Shown piece by piece: positions 47,894-58,633 of a DNA stretch of 64,000 nt (position 1 is the stretch's first letter; each line of letters opens with the position of its first letter). The notes beneath the pieces were generated by a model. That model had not been told where the DNA came from, did no database searches, and saw only the letters and a list, made by a program, of their open reading frames with translations. This DNA is from Arachnia sp. (lineage in GTDB: Bacteria; Actinomycetota; Actinomycetes; Propionibacteriales; Propionibacteriaceae), in contig JBDHZH010000008.1 of the NCBI GenBank assembly GCA_039811745.1, positions 1,042 through 65,041 of the forward strand. The letters run 5' to 3'. The position numbers were made by a program, and so were the translations under genes.

Positions 47894-49726
47894 TCAGTCC
47901 TCCTTGTCGTAGAGTCCCTCGACGATGCCGGCGAACCTCTCCGTGACGATGCCGCGCCGGATCTTCTGGTTGGCCGTGACACCCTCGTTCTCCACGGTCA
48001 GCTCGTGGTCGAGTATCGCGAACCGCTTCACCGTCTCCCACCGCTCCAGTCGCTCGTTCGCCTTCCGCAGTTGCCTGTCGATCGACTCGCGGATCTCCGG
48101 CAGCTGCGTGAGTTCGGCATAGCTCAGGTGGCCGAGCTGGCGGTTGTTGGCCCACTTCTCCAGCAGGGGCGGATCCAGCACCACGATCGCGGAGACGTAC
48201 TTGCGGCCGTCGCCGATCGCGATCGCCTGGGAGATGTAGGGCACGTTCGCCACGATCGTGCTCTCCACCTTCTGCGGCGACACATACTTGCCGCCGGAGG
48301 TCTTGAACAGGTCCTTCTTGCGGTCGGTGATGAAGAGGTCGCCTTCCTCGTCGAACCGCCCGATGTCGCCGGTGTGGAACCAGCCGTCGTCCTGGAGCAC
48401 CTCGGCGGTCTGTTCCGGCAGGTTGTGATACCCAGACGTCACGTGCGCGCCCCGGACCAGGAGTTCGCCGTCGTCGGCGATCCTCGCCTCAGTGCCCGGC
48501 AGCGGCTTGCCGACGGAGCCGAACTTCGGGCTGTCCGGAAGGTTGAGGAAGGCCACCGCGCTCGTCTCGGTGGAGCCGTAGCCCTCCACGATCAGGATGC
48601 CTGCGGAGTAGAACCACTCCTGCACCTGTGGAGAGAGCTTCGCTGCACCGGAGATCATGAACCGGAGCCTGCCGCCGAGCTTCTCCTTGAGCTTGCTGAA
48701 CACCAGTCTGTCGGCGATCCTGTACTGGAATGCCAGCAGCCCGGGCAGGTCCTTGCCCGAGTGCCGGTAGGGACGCGACTTGGCGCCAACGGCGAACGCC
48801 CAGTGCGAGATCCGGCCCTTGACACCCTTGTTGCCCGTCAGGACGGCGACGCGCACCTTCTCGAAGATGCGCGGCGCCCCGCACATGAACGTCGGCCTGA
48901 TCTCGCCGAGACCCTGGACGATCCTGTCGACCCGGCCGTCGACCGCGGAGCAGAAACCGTAGCCCAGCTGGATCGAGATCAGTGCCTTGCCGAACACGTG
49001 GCTGAGCGGCAGCCACAGGTACTGCAGGTCGTCGTGGGTGAGGACGTTCCAGTGCAGGGTGCCCGCTGCCTCCAGCACCCAGCAGTGATGGTTGAGGCGC
49101 ACGCCCTTCGGGCGTCCGGTGGTGCCGGAGGTGTAGATGAGGGTGGCAAGCGTGTTCAGATCGGTGCTCGCGATGGCGTCGTCGACGACTCGCGGGTTGT
49201 CTGCCAGCAGGGTGCGGCCGGCGTCCTTCAGCTGGTCGTAACTGATGATGCGGTCGGACAGCTCGACCCCGGCCGGGTCGATCACCACGATGGTGTGCAC
49301 CTGCTCGGCGACCGCGGCGTCGGCGTCGACCTTCCCCACCTGCGTGGCATCCTCGGCCACGACGATGACGCATCCCGAGTCGCTGAGGATGTAGTCGACC
49401 TCGTCGGCCTGGGTGTTGGGGTAGACGGTGGTGGTTGCGCCGGCCGCGCAGGCGATCGCCAGGTCTGTGAAGATCCACTCCAGCCTGGTCCCGGAGATGA
49501 TGCCGACCCGCTGCTCACGCTCCAGCCCCCTCGCCAGCAGGCCTGCCGCCAGGTGGTCCACCTCGTCACGGGTCTGTGCCCACGTGTACTTGCGCCAACT
49601 GCTCGGCCCTTCCGCGGTGCGGTCCGGCTCCATGAAGGCCACGACCCCGGGAGTCTTCGCCACTCGGTCGCGGAAGAGCTCACCCACGGAGCTCGCAAGT
49701 CCCAGCAGATCGTCCTGCAGAGTCAT
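47894..49726 (-). CDS. fadD: Long-chain fatty-acid--CoA ligase (AMP-dependent synthetase)
   Basis: AMP-binding motif IYTSGTTGRPKG, GYGSTE, TGDIG...DRKKD, 610 aa. Confidence 0.9.
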   Translation of the reverse strand: MTLQDDLLGLASSVGELFRDRVAKTPGVVAFMEPDRTAEGPSSWRKYTWAQTRDEVDHLAAGLLARGLEREQRVGIISGTRLEWIFTDLAIACAAGATTTVYPNTQADEVDYILSDSGCVIVVAEDATQVGKVDADAAVAEQVHTIVVIDPAGVELSDRIISYDQLKDAGRTLLADNPRVVDDAIASTDLNTLATLIYTSGTTGRPKGVRLNHHCWVLEAAGTLHWNVLTHDDLQYLWLPLSHVFGKALISIQLGYGFCSAVDGRVDRIVQGLGEIRPTFMCGAPRIFEKVRVAVLTGNKGVKGRISHWAFAVGAKSRPYRHSGKDLPGLLAFQYRIADRLVFSKLKEKLGGRLRFMISGAAKLSPQVQEWFYSAGILIVEGYGSTETSAVAFLNLPDSPKFGSVGKPLPGTEARIADDGELLVRGAHVTSGYHNLPEQTAEVLQDDGWFHTGDIGRFDEEGDLFITDRKKDLFKTSGGKYVSPQKVESTIVANVPYISQAIAIGDGRKYVSAIVVLDPPLLEKWANNRQLGHLSYAELTQLPEIRESIDRQLRKANERLERWETVKRFAILDHELTVENEGVTANQKIRRGIVTERFAGIVEGLYDKED

Positions 49727-49930
49727 ACCCCATCCCCTCTCGTTTCGCTCAGCCTACCCAACGGGGGCGCCCCCATCGGGCCGAAATGTAACGCGTACCA
49801 TCCCCTCGTGTCTTGCCACGCGATCAGGGAGGCACGCTCCCGACCCGGGTGGCGACGACGGCATGGCGCGCCCGTCCGGGTCAGTCCCAGTCGGACGGCT
49901 CAGCGGTCGGGACACAGTGCACGGATACGA

Positions 49931-49959
49931 TTGAACCCTAAACCATTTTTGGGTATCCT
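49931..49959 (+). promoter_or_regulatory. Candidate housekeeping-sigma promoter of a leaderless marR transcript
   Basis: TTGAAC, a 17-nt spacer, then TATCCT. The -10 ends 6 nt before the GTG start (49966), so the mRNA would be leaderless or nearly so. This is the most AT-rich patch in the intergenic region. Confidence 0.45.
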
Positions 49960-49965
49960 GTCGCC

Positions 49966-50412
49966 GTGGAGACGAACTGGCTGAGCGACGAGCAGCAACG
50001 CATCTGGCGGTCCTACCTGCGTGCAACAAGCCGGATCCAGAACTACCTCGACCACACCCTGCGCGCGTTCGGGATCGGCCTTTCCGAGTATGTGGTGCTG
50101 GCCATGCTGTCGGAAGCCGACGGCCGGCGGCTGCGCATGAGTGAACTGGCCGAGGCAGCCGACCAGTCACGCTCCCGCCTCACCCACACGGTCACCCGCC
50201 TCGAGCAGGCCGGGCACATCGCCCGCGTGACCTGCGCCGCCGACGGCCGCGGCGTGTGGGCCGAGATGACCGACCAGGGATACGAATTCCTCGCCGGCAT
50301 GGCACCGCAGCACGTCGCAGCGGTGCGACGCATCCTCATCGACGCGGTCGATCCGGCCGACTTAGCCGCCCTGGGCCGCGCCATGGACGCAGTCTGTTCG
50401 GTGGCAGACTAG
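49966..50412 (+). CDS. MarR-family transcriptional regulator
   Basis: 148 aa. Winged-helix core LSEYVVLAMLSEADGRRLRMSELAEAADQSRSRLTHTVTRLEQAGHI. Confidence 0.88.
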   Translation: METNWLSDEQQRIWRSYLRATSRIQNYLDHTLRAFGIGLSEYVVLAMLSEADGRRLRMSELAEAADQSRSRLTHTVTRLEQAGHIARVTCAADGRGVWAEMTDQGYEFLAGMAPQHVAAVRRILIDAVDPADLAALGRAMDAVCSVAD

Positions 50413-50416
50413 GCGC

Positions 50417-53347
50417 ATGCCAGTCGCAGCGCCCGAGAACACCGACCAACTGGACCGTCTCCTCGCCGCGCTCGGCCCCCTGTCCGGCATCGTCGACGCC
50501 TCCACACTCACCCGCGGCCTCTACACCACGGACGCGTCCCTCTATCGGGTACCGCCGCTGGCCGTGGCCCGCCCCCGCACCACCGACGAACTGATCTCGC
50601 TGGTCCGCACGACCCTCGAACTCGGCCTCCCGATCACCGCCCGCGGTGCCGGCACGTCCTGCGCGGGCAACGCCGTCGGCCCCGGCCTGGTCATCGACGT
50701 CGCCCGCCACCTGAACGAGATCCACTCGATCGACCCCGAGAGGCGCCTCGCCGTCATCGATCCCGGTGTCGTCCAGGACCAGTTGCAGCGGGCCGCCCGT
50801 CCGCACGGCCTGCGCCTCGGCCCGGACCCATCGACTTCGTCCCGTTGCACCGTCGGCGGCATGATCGGCAACAACGCCTGCGGCCCACGTGCCCTCGGCT
50901 ACGGCCGCATGGCCGACAACGTCGTCGAGTTGGAGATCATCAACGGCCGGGGCGAGTTGGTCGTTCTCGGCCGCGACGAGGTGCCCGGGCTCCGCGAGCT
51001 GGTGGCCGCCAACCTGGGCGTCATCCGCACCCAGTTCGGCCGCTTCACCCGGCAGGTGTCCGGCTACTCCATGGAGCACCTGCTGCCGGAGAACCGTTTC
51101 AACCTGCCGCGCTTCTTCGCCGGCACCGAGGGCACCCTAGGCATCATCACCAGGGCCACTGTGGCGCTGGTTGCCGACGCACCGCACAAGACGGTCGTCG
51201 CCCTGGGCTACCCATCCATGGCCGACGCGGGGGACGACATCTCCAACCTCCTGAGGTTTCGCCCAGTTGCCTGCGAGGGCCTGGACCGCCGCATCGTCGA
51301 CGTCGTGATCCGCAAGCGGGGTGACGACGCAGTCCCCCGGCTGCCTTCAGGCGACGGCTGGACGTTCATCGAGCTCGTGGGAGAGGATGCGGCAGAGGTC
51401 CGGGCGCGGGCCGAGGCTCTTCTCGCTGCGGCAGCAGCCATCGACGGTTGGGTGGTCGAGGACCCTGCGGATGCGGCGAAGCTCTGGAAGGTCCGTGCCG
51501 ACGGCGCGGGACTGGCAGGCGTCAGCCTGGACAAGCCCGCCCATGCGGGCTGGGAGGACGCCGCCGTGCCGCCCGCCAACCTGGGCAACTACCTCCGCGA
51601 CTTCGAGGCCCTCCTCACCGGGCACGGCCTGCGCACCCTGCCGTACGGGCACTTCGGCGACGGCTGCGTACATGCGCGTATCGACTTCCCGTTCGAGGCC
51701 GCCGACGGGCAGGCCCGTTACCGGGACTTCATCGTCGAGGCCGCCAAGCTGGTGGCCCGCCACGGCGGCTCGATGAGCGGCGAGCACGGCGACGGCAGGG
51801 CGCGATCCGAGGTGCTGCCCTTCATGTACAGCCCGGAGGCGCTCGGGCTGTTCGGCGCAGTGAAGCATCTCTTCGATCCCGACAACCTCATGAACCCGGG
51901 CGTGCTGGTCGACCCGGATCCGCTCGACGCGAACATCCGCTGGGTGGCGGCAACGGCGTCGCCCCTGAACATCAAGGACCCCGAGTTCGTCAAGGAGGTC
52001 CACCAGTGTGTCGGCGTCGGCAAGTGCATCGCCGACAACACCGCCGACGGCGGGGTGATGTGCCCCAGCTACCAGGCCACCCGCGACGAGAAGGACTCCA
52101 CGCGTGGCCGCTCCCGCATCCTGCAGGAGATGGTGAACGGCGATCTCGTCGCTGGGGGCTGGCGCAGCCCCGAGGTCCACGCTGCGCTCGACCTGTGCCT
52201 GTCCTGCAAGGGCTGCGCCCGCGACTGCCCGACCGGCGTCGACATGGCCGCCTACAAGTCCCGGGTGCTGTACGAGTCGCACAAGGGCCGGCTGCGTCCC
52301 CGCAGCCACTACGCCCTGGGCTGGCTGCCCCGCTGGGGCCGGCTCATCACCTCGTTGCGGCTGGGCGCCTTGGTCAACCTCGTCGGCCGCACCCCTGGCA
52401 TCGGACGGCTGTTGCGCTGGGGAGCCGGCGTCGACCACCGCCGCGACATCCCCCGCTTCGCCGGTCGGTCCGCCAGGAGCCTCCTCCCCCGGATTGTCGC
52501 CGACGACCGCAGACTGGGCAGCCCGGCGAACCCTGCGGTCGGGCACTCCCCCGACCACCGGCGGTTGGGCAGCCCCGCGAGCGCCAGCGAGCCCGGCGCG
52601 GTCGAGACCACTCCCGAGACGGCGTCCAGCCACACTCCCCCCTCCAAGGGCGAGGTCCTGGTCTGGGTGGACTCGTTCTCGGACTGCTTCGAGACGAACA
52701 ACTTCGCGGCCGTGGTACAGGTGCTGGCGCGGCTGGGCTACGAGCCGCGCGTGCTGCCCCGCAAGGCCTGCTGCGGGCTGACGTGGATAACCACGGGCCA
52801 GCTCGACGGTGCCCGTCGCGAGATCGAGCATGCCGCAGCGGAACTCGCCCCCTATGTCGCCAAGAGGATCCCGATAGTCGGTGTGGAGCCGTCCTGCACG
52901 GCGGTGTGGCGCGGCGATGCCATGGATCTGCTCCCCCACAACGGTGACGTCCGCGCGCTGCGCGGCAAGGTCCTGACGCTGGCTGAGTTCCTTGTCAAGG
53001 ACGCGGACTTCCGCGCACCGGATCTGTCCGGTCACACCATCGTGGCGCAGCCCCACTGCCACCACGCGTCGGTGATCGGGTGGGAAACGGACATGGCGCT
53101 GCTGCAGTCGACCGGTGCGGACATCCGTCGGGTCGGCGGCTGTTGCGGCCTGGCCGGCAACTTCGGCGTGGAGATCGGGCACCACGAGGTCAGCGTCAAG
53201 GTGTTCGAGAGCAGTCTCGGCCCCGCCGTGGCCCAAGGGGGCAAGGACGCGATCATCCTGGCCGACGGGTTCTCCTGCCAGACGCAGCTGAAGAGCCTCG
53301 CCGGGCGCGACTCCATGAGCCTCGCCGAACTGCTCGCCACGCACTGA
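50417..53347 (+). CDS. FAD-binding (GlcD-like) plus 4Fe-4S/CCG (GlcF-like) fusion oxidoreductase, YdiJ-like
   Basis: 976 aa. FAD-binding PCMH domain (ARGAGTSCAGNAVG), Fe-S cluster motifs CLSCKGCARDCP, C-terminal cysteine-rich CCG-type domains. Confidence 0.88.
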   Translation: MPVAAPENTDQLDRLLAALGPLSGIVDASTLTRGLYTTDASLYRVPPLAVARPRTTDELISLVRTTLELGLPITARGAGTSCAGNAVGPGLVIDVARHLNEIHSIDPERRLAVIDPGVVQDQLQRAARPHGLRLGPDPSTSSRCTVGGMIGNNACGPRALGYGRMADNVVELEIINGRGELVVLGRDEVPGLRELVAANLGVIRTQFGRFTRQVSGYSMEHLLPENRFNLPRFFAGTEGTLGIITRATVALVADAPHKTVVALGYPSMADAGDDISNLLRFRPVACEGLDRRIVDVVIRKRGDDAVPRLPSGDGWTFIELVGEDAAEVRARAEALLAAAAAIDGWVVEDPADAAKLWKVRADGAGLAGVSLDKPAHAGWEDAAVPPANLGNYLRDFEALLTGHGLRTLPYGHFGDGCVHARIDFPFEAADGQARYRDFIVEAAKLVARHGGSMSGEHGDGRARSEVLPFMYSPEALGLFGAVKHLFDPDNLMNPGVLVDPDPLDANIRWVAATASPLNIKDPEFVKEVHQCVGVGKCIADNTADGGVMCPSYQATRDEKDSTRGRSRILQEMVNGDLVAGGWRSPEVHAALDLCLSCKGCARDCPTGVDMAAYKSRVLYESHKGRLRPRSHYALGWLPRWGRLITSLRLGALVNLVGRTPGIGRLLRWGAGVDHRRDIPRFAGRSARSLLPRIVADDRRLGSPANPAVGHSPDHRRLGSPASASEPGAVETTPETASSHTPPSKGEVLVWVDSFSDCFETNNFAAVVQVLARLGYEPRVLPRKACCGLTWITTGQLDGARREIEHAAAELAPYVAKRIPIVGVEPSCTAVWRGDAMDLLPHNGDVRALRGKVLTLAEFLVKDADFRAPDLSGHTIVAQPHCHHASVIGWETDMALLQSTGADIRRVGGCCGLAGNFGVEIGHHEVSVKVFESSLGPAVAQGGKDAIILADGFSCQTQLKSLAGRDSMSLAELLATH

Positions 53348-53467
53348 GGCACCCTTCCCCACGCTCAAACCCAGCGCACCGGGTCCCGCCCCTCCCAGCA
53401 CGCCGTCCCCGCCGACGGCGGCGGCATGAAGCCACAGGATAGGCTCAGGGGCGGGGGTTGGGCGATG

Positions 53468-53508
53468 GGAGTCCAGGCAGGCCGGTGTGGGGGGCACACC
53501 TGGACTCC
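53468..53508 (-). terminator. Stem-loop 8 nt downstream of ettA
   Basis: Perfect 10-bp outer stem GGAGTCCAGG / CCTGGACTCC enclosing about 21 nt. An alternative pairing is a shorter outer stem plus an inner GGTGTG/CACACC helix. Confidence 0.5.
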
Positions 53509-53515
53509 ATGGCCC

Positions 53516-55198
<1,683 letters not shown>

Positions 55199-55310
55199 TT
55201 GGGCGTTTCTCCTTCGGGAACCAGGGCTCGCCGGCTCGGGGCGGCAAGCGGACATACCGGCGCCAAGTATGCCAGCAACGTCCTCTGCGCCCGGAATCGA
55301 CGACCGGCGC

Positions 55311-56912
55311 TCAGCCTCCGAGCGACCGGATCAGCTTCCGGGCGGACTCGAGCCGTTCCAGTTCCGCACCGACCGGTGCGACGACGTCACGTTCGGCCAC
55401 GTCGGCGACACGCCGCCCCAGAATCCGCTCGGCCCTTCGTCGGGCCGATCGGGCGCCCAGCGACACGAACCACCGGCCCAGCCAGGACAAGATGATGCCC
55501 ACGACGAGGCCGCCAAGGGCAAGCACAGCGGGAAGGGGGATCTGCGCCCCGCCGGGGAGCCCGACCGGCACGACCGGCAGCGGCGGCATCCCGAAGTAGG
55601 CGAATACCGCGTTGACGGTCAGCCACACCGCACCCGCCGCGACCGAGGCGATCAGCAGCCACTGCAGGAGTCGCAGCAGTTGCCACCAGAACGGGTTGCG
55701 CACACCGAGGTCGGCCGTCGTGATCTCCACGTCCAGAGAGTCGGCGAGGCTCGCCGCGTTCAGGTTCACGGCCTTGCGGATGGCCGACCGCCATCCGGGG
55801 GGCGCCCCTTCGCACAGGTCGTCCGCCAGGTGCCGCAGCCCGGTGTTGAGTTGCGCTTCCGCCACCGGCCCCCGATCAGGCAGCGAACTGCGTTCGACCA
55901 CGGCAGGATCGGCGGACTCGTCCCGCTTGGCCCCGATGATCCGGAACCGGCGAAGAGGGTCGGGGCGCACCCGAGCGAGCCACTTCGTGAGTGGCCACCC
56001 GACCGCGAGCGTGCCCCGCAACCGCATCGATCCCTCGACGGCGTCCAGGACCGCGGGCACCCCTGCCGCGGCCAGCAGCCCGCGGTTCAGATCCCGCACC
56101 GCCTCGCGCGGCACACCCCCCGCACGGCCTGCGGTCGCGTCGTCGAACTGGCCGGCCAGCACGTCGATATCGGCCTGCAGCCGTCTCGCTGCAGCCTGCT
56201 TGCGCGCCGCGATGCGGCAGAATCCGTCGCGGAGTTCCGCGACGCCTTGGCCGGTCAGCGCGCTGGTGGCCAGGACCGGCACATCCGGGAGCCCGTCGGC
56301 TGCCAGCAGGCGTCGCAGATCGGTCAGGCAGAGGTCCAGATCCTTCGGTGAGAGCCTGTCCGCGTGGTTCAGCACGACGGTGATGATCTCGCCGTGGGCA
56401 GCGAGGGGCCGCAGGTAGCGGTTGTGCAGGACGGCGTCGGCGTACTTCTGCGGGTCGACGACGAAACAGAACACGTCCGCGACCTGCAGCACACGATCCA
56501 CCTCCTCGCGGTGCTCCAGCTCCGTGGAGTCGTGATCGGGCAGATCAAGGAGAACCAGGCCCTCCCCTCTCCCACCCGGGGGGGCAATCTCCGACCGGCG
56601 GGAGACCCCCAGCCAGTCGAGCAGCCCCTGGTCCGTCGCGCCAAAGCCGACTGCATGCGTCCTGGACGTCGTGGGCCGGCGCACCGCGACCTCCGCCAGG
56701 TCCTCGCCTGCCAGGGCGTTGAAGAGCGACGACTTCCCCGACCCCGTTGCGCCTGCGAGCGCGACGACGGTGGCCTTGCCGAGCCGCAGCCGGTCCCCGG
56801 CCCGCTCGACCAGATCATGCGCCCGCCCGATCAGGTCCGCCGGCACGCGTTCAGCGGTGAGGTCCGCCACGAGACCGAGCAGCTCCAGCCGTTCCGGCAG
56901 CGCGACGACCAT
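55311..56912 (-). CDS. Membrane-anchored dynamin-like / YfjP-type GTPase (second of a pair)
   Basis: P-loop GATGSGKSSLFNALAG, LLDLPDHDS (G3-like), NHAD (G4-like), long helical region, two C-proximal TM segments. The ATG overlaps the upstream stop (TGATG). Confidence 0.75.
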   Translation of the reverse strand: MVVALPERLELLGLVADLTAERVPADLIGRAHDLVERAGDRLRLGKATVVALAGATGSGKSSLFNALAGEDLAEVAVRRPTTSRTHAVGFGATDQGLLDWLGVSRRSEIAPPGGRGEGLVLLDLPDHDSTELEHREEVDRVLQVADVFCFVVDPQKYADAVLHNRYLRPLAAHGEIITVVLNHADRLSPKDLDLCLTDLRRLLAADGLPDVPVLATSALTGQGVAELRDGFCRIAARKQAAARRLQADIDVLAGQFDDATAGRAGGVPREAVRDLNRGLLAAAGVPAVLDAVEGSMRLRGTLAVGWPLTKWLARVRPDPLRRFRIIGAKRDESADPAVVERSSLPDRGPVAEAQLNTGLRHLADDLCEGAPPGWRSAIRKAVNLNAASLADSLDVEITTADLGVRNPFWWQLLRLLQWLLIASVAAGAVWLTVNAVFAYFGMPPLPVVPVGLPGGAQIPLPAVLALGGLVVGIILSWLGRWFVSLGARSARRRAERILGRRVADVAERDVVAPVGAELERLESARKLIRSLGG

Positions 56913-58633
56913 CAGAACCCCTCCGGCCGGGTGAGGTCGGAGAATGCCCGTTTCGCGGCCGCGGCCAGCCTGTCGGCCACCCGCTTGAGCCTGCCGCCGG
57001 TCTCCCGTGCGACGCCGAGGCCGTCACACACCTCCTCGAACCGCGCCAGTTCGCCTGCGAGCAGCGCCTCGACGCGGTCGTCGAGGTCCTGCTTCGCCCG
57101 CTGCGCCAGCCGTCTGACTGCGTCCTCGCCGAACACTCCCTCCAGCAGCCGTTGAGCAAGCAGTGACGTCCCGCCCGCGATGCCGATCTCGGCGGTGGTC
57201 AGCCCGCCCGTGGTCGCGAAGGTGAAGATGATCAGCGAGGCGCCGACGGCGTTGGTGCCAAGCGCCAGGAACCGCGCCCTCATGCGCTTCCCCCTGCCCT
57301 CGTCACCCACCAGCCGGAGGACGCCGGCCTGCCAGTCGCGGATCATCCGTTCGGCGGCCTCCTGGAAACCCGCCGACGGCTGCTCCAGCGCGGGGGTCGC
57401 CTGGAGGATCCACCGGCCCCACTCGGTGCCCCGCCAGTCGGAGGCCGTGCGCTGGCAGGCGGCCTCGGCGTGCTCGATGACGACCGCCGCGAGCGAGTCC
57501 GTGATGGCGATCTGCACGCCATCGGCACGATCCGACCCCGTGAACCAGCCCGTGATCCTGTCCCGCCACTTCGAGATCTGCTGCTCCACGCCGCGCATGA
57601 ACTCGCCGGTGCCGACGAAGTCCTGCCAACGGGCCAGCACCTCGCCCCGGAGCAGGGTCCCGTCGCTGGTCGCGCGCCCGATGTCGGACTGCGCGAGCCT
57701 GAACTCGCGCCGGGTGGCGTCGCGAAGGTGGTCGACCGCCTCCACCTGCCGCCAGGCACCGTGTGCCATGTGCCGCAGTGTTGCGTCCAGCGCCTGGACG
57801 CTGCCCGCGAGGGTCTGGACGGCGACGTCGGCCCTGGCGCGGCTCTCCTCGGTCAGCGACCGCAGCCACACCCTGATCGGTTCCACCTCGGCGCCGGGCA
57901 ACATGCCGTCCGCGAGCCGCGAGTTCTCCGCCACCGCGAACAGCCGGGCCCGTGGCAGCCCCCGGTCGCTCAGCATCTCCGACAGGTGCGACTTCAGGTC
58001 CGTGAGCGACTCCGGCGGGCACCGATTCAGCACCACACCGATGACGGCGTTCCTGGCGATGGCCTGACCCAGCACCTCCCAGCCGACGAGATCGGAGTAG
58101 CGCGCAGCGGACGTCACGAACAGCCACAGATCGGCCGCCTGCAGCAGCTGCCGGGACAGGCGACGGTTGGCGTCGTCGACGGAGTCGATGTCGGGTGCGT
58201 CCAGAAGCGCCATGCCGCTGGTCACGCCGTCGAAGGGGACGATCTGGAGTGCTCGCGAGTCGTTGCTCCGAGTGTGGCTTCGGACCATGCCGGGAAGGAT
58301 GTGGTCGGAGGAGAACCAGTCGACGTCATCCGGGTTGCACACCAGCACCGGCGAGCGGGTGGTGGGTCGCAGCACGCCTGGTTGGGTCAGCGGGGCGCCG
58401 AGCAGCGAGTTGACCAGCGTCGACTTGCCCGCCCCCGTCGAGCCACCGACCACCGCGAGCAGAGGCGCGTCCAGCCGCGCAGCTCTGGGCAACAGGTAGT
58501 CGCGCAACTGGTCGGCCATCGCGACGGTGGACGCGCGGAGTTCCGGTGCGTCGTCGATGGGCAACGGGAACTGCACCTCCGGCAACAGGCGCGTCAGGTC
58601 GGCGAGCGCGCCCGTCAGGTCCTGCGCGCTCAT
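56912..58633 (-). CDS. Membrane-associated dynamin-like GTPase (first of a pair)
   Basis: In-frame tail of ORF 56912..60340(-). ATG 58633 (MSAQDLTG). P-loop GGSTGAGKSTLVNSLLG, LLDAPDIDS, LNRC (G4-like), helical stalk, hydrophobic hairpin (GASLIIFTFATTGGLTTAEIGIAGG). Confidence 0.75.
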   Translation of the reverse strand: MSAQDLTGALADLTRLLPEVQFPLPIDDAPELRASTVAMADQLRDYLLPRAARLDAPLLAVVGGSTGAGKSTLVNSLLGAPLTQPGVLRPTTRSPVLVCNPDDVDWFSSDHILPGMVRSHTRSNDSRALQIVPFDGVTSGMALLDAPDIDSVDDANRRLSRQLLQAADLWLFVTSAARYSDLVGWEVLGQAIARNAVIGVVLNRCPPESLTDLKSHLSEMLSDRGLPRARLFAVAENSRLADGMLPGAEVEPIRVWLRSLTEESRARADVAVQTLAGSVQALDATLRHMAHGAWRQVEAVDHLRDATRREFRLAQSDIGRATSDGTLLRGEVLARWQDFVGTGEFMRGVEQQISKWRDRITGWFTGSDRADGVQIAITDSLAAVVIEHAEAACQRTASDWRGTEWGRWILQATPALEQPSAGFQEAAERMIRDWQAGVLRLVGDEGRGKRMRARFLALGTNAVGASLIIFTFATTGGLTTAEIGIAGGTSLLAQRLLEGVFGEDAVRRLAQRAKQDLDDRVEALLAGELARFEEVCDGLGVARETGGRLKRVADRLAAAAKRAFSDLTRPEGF

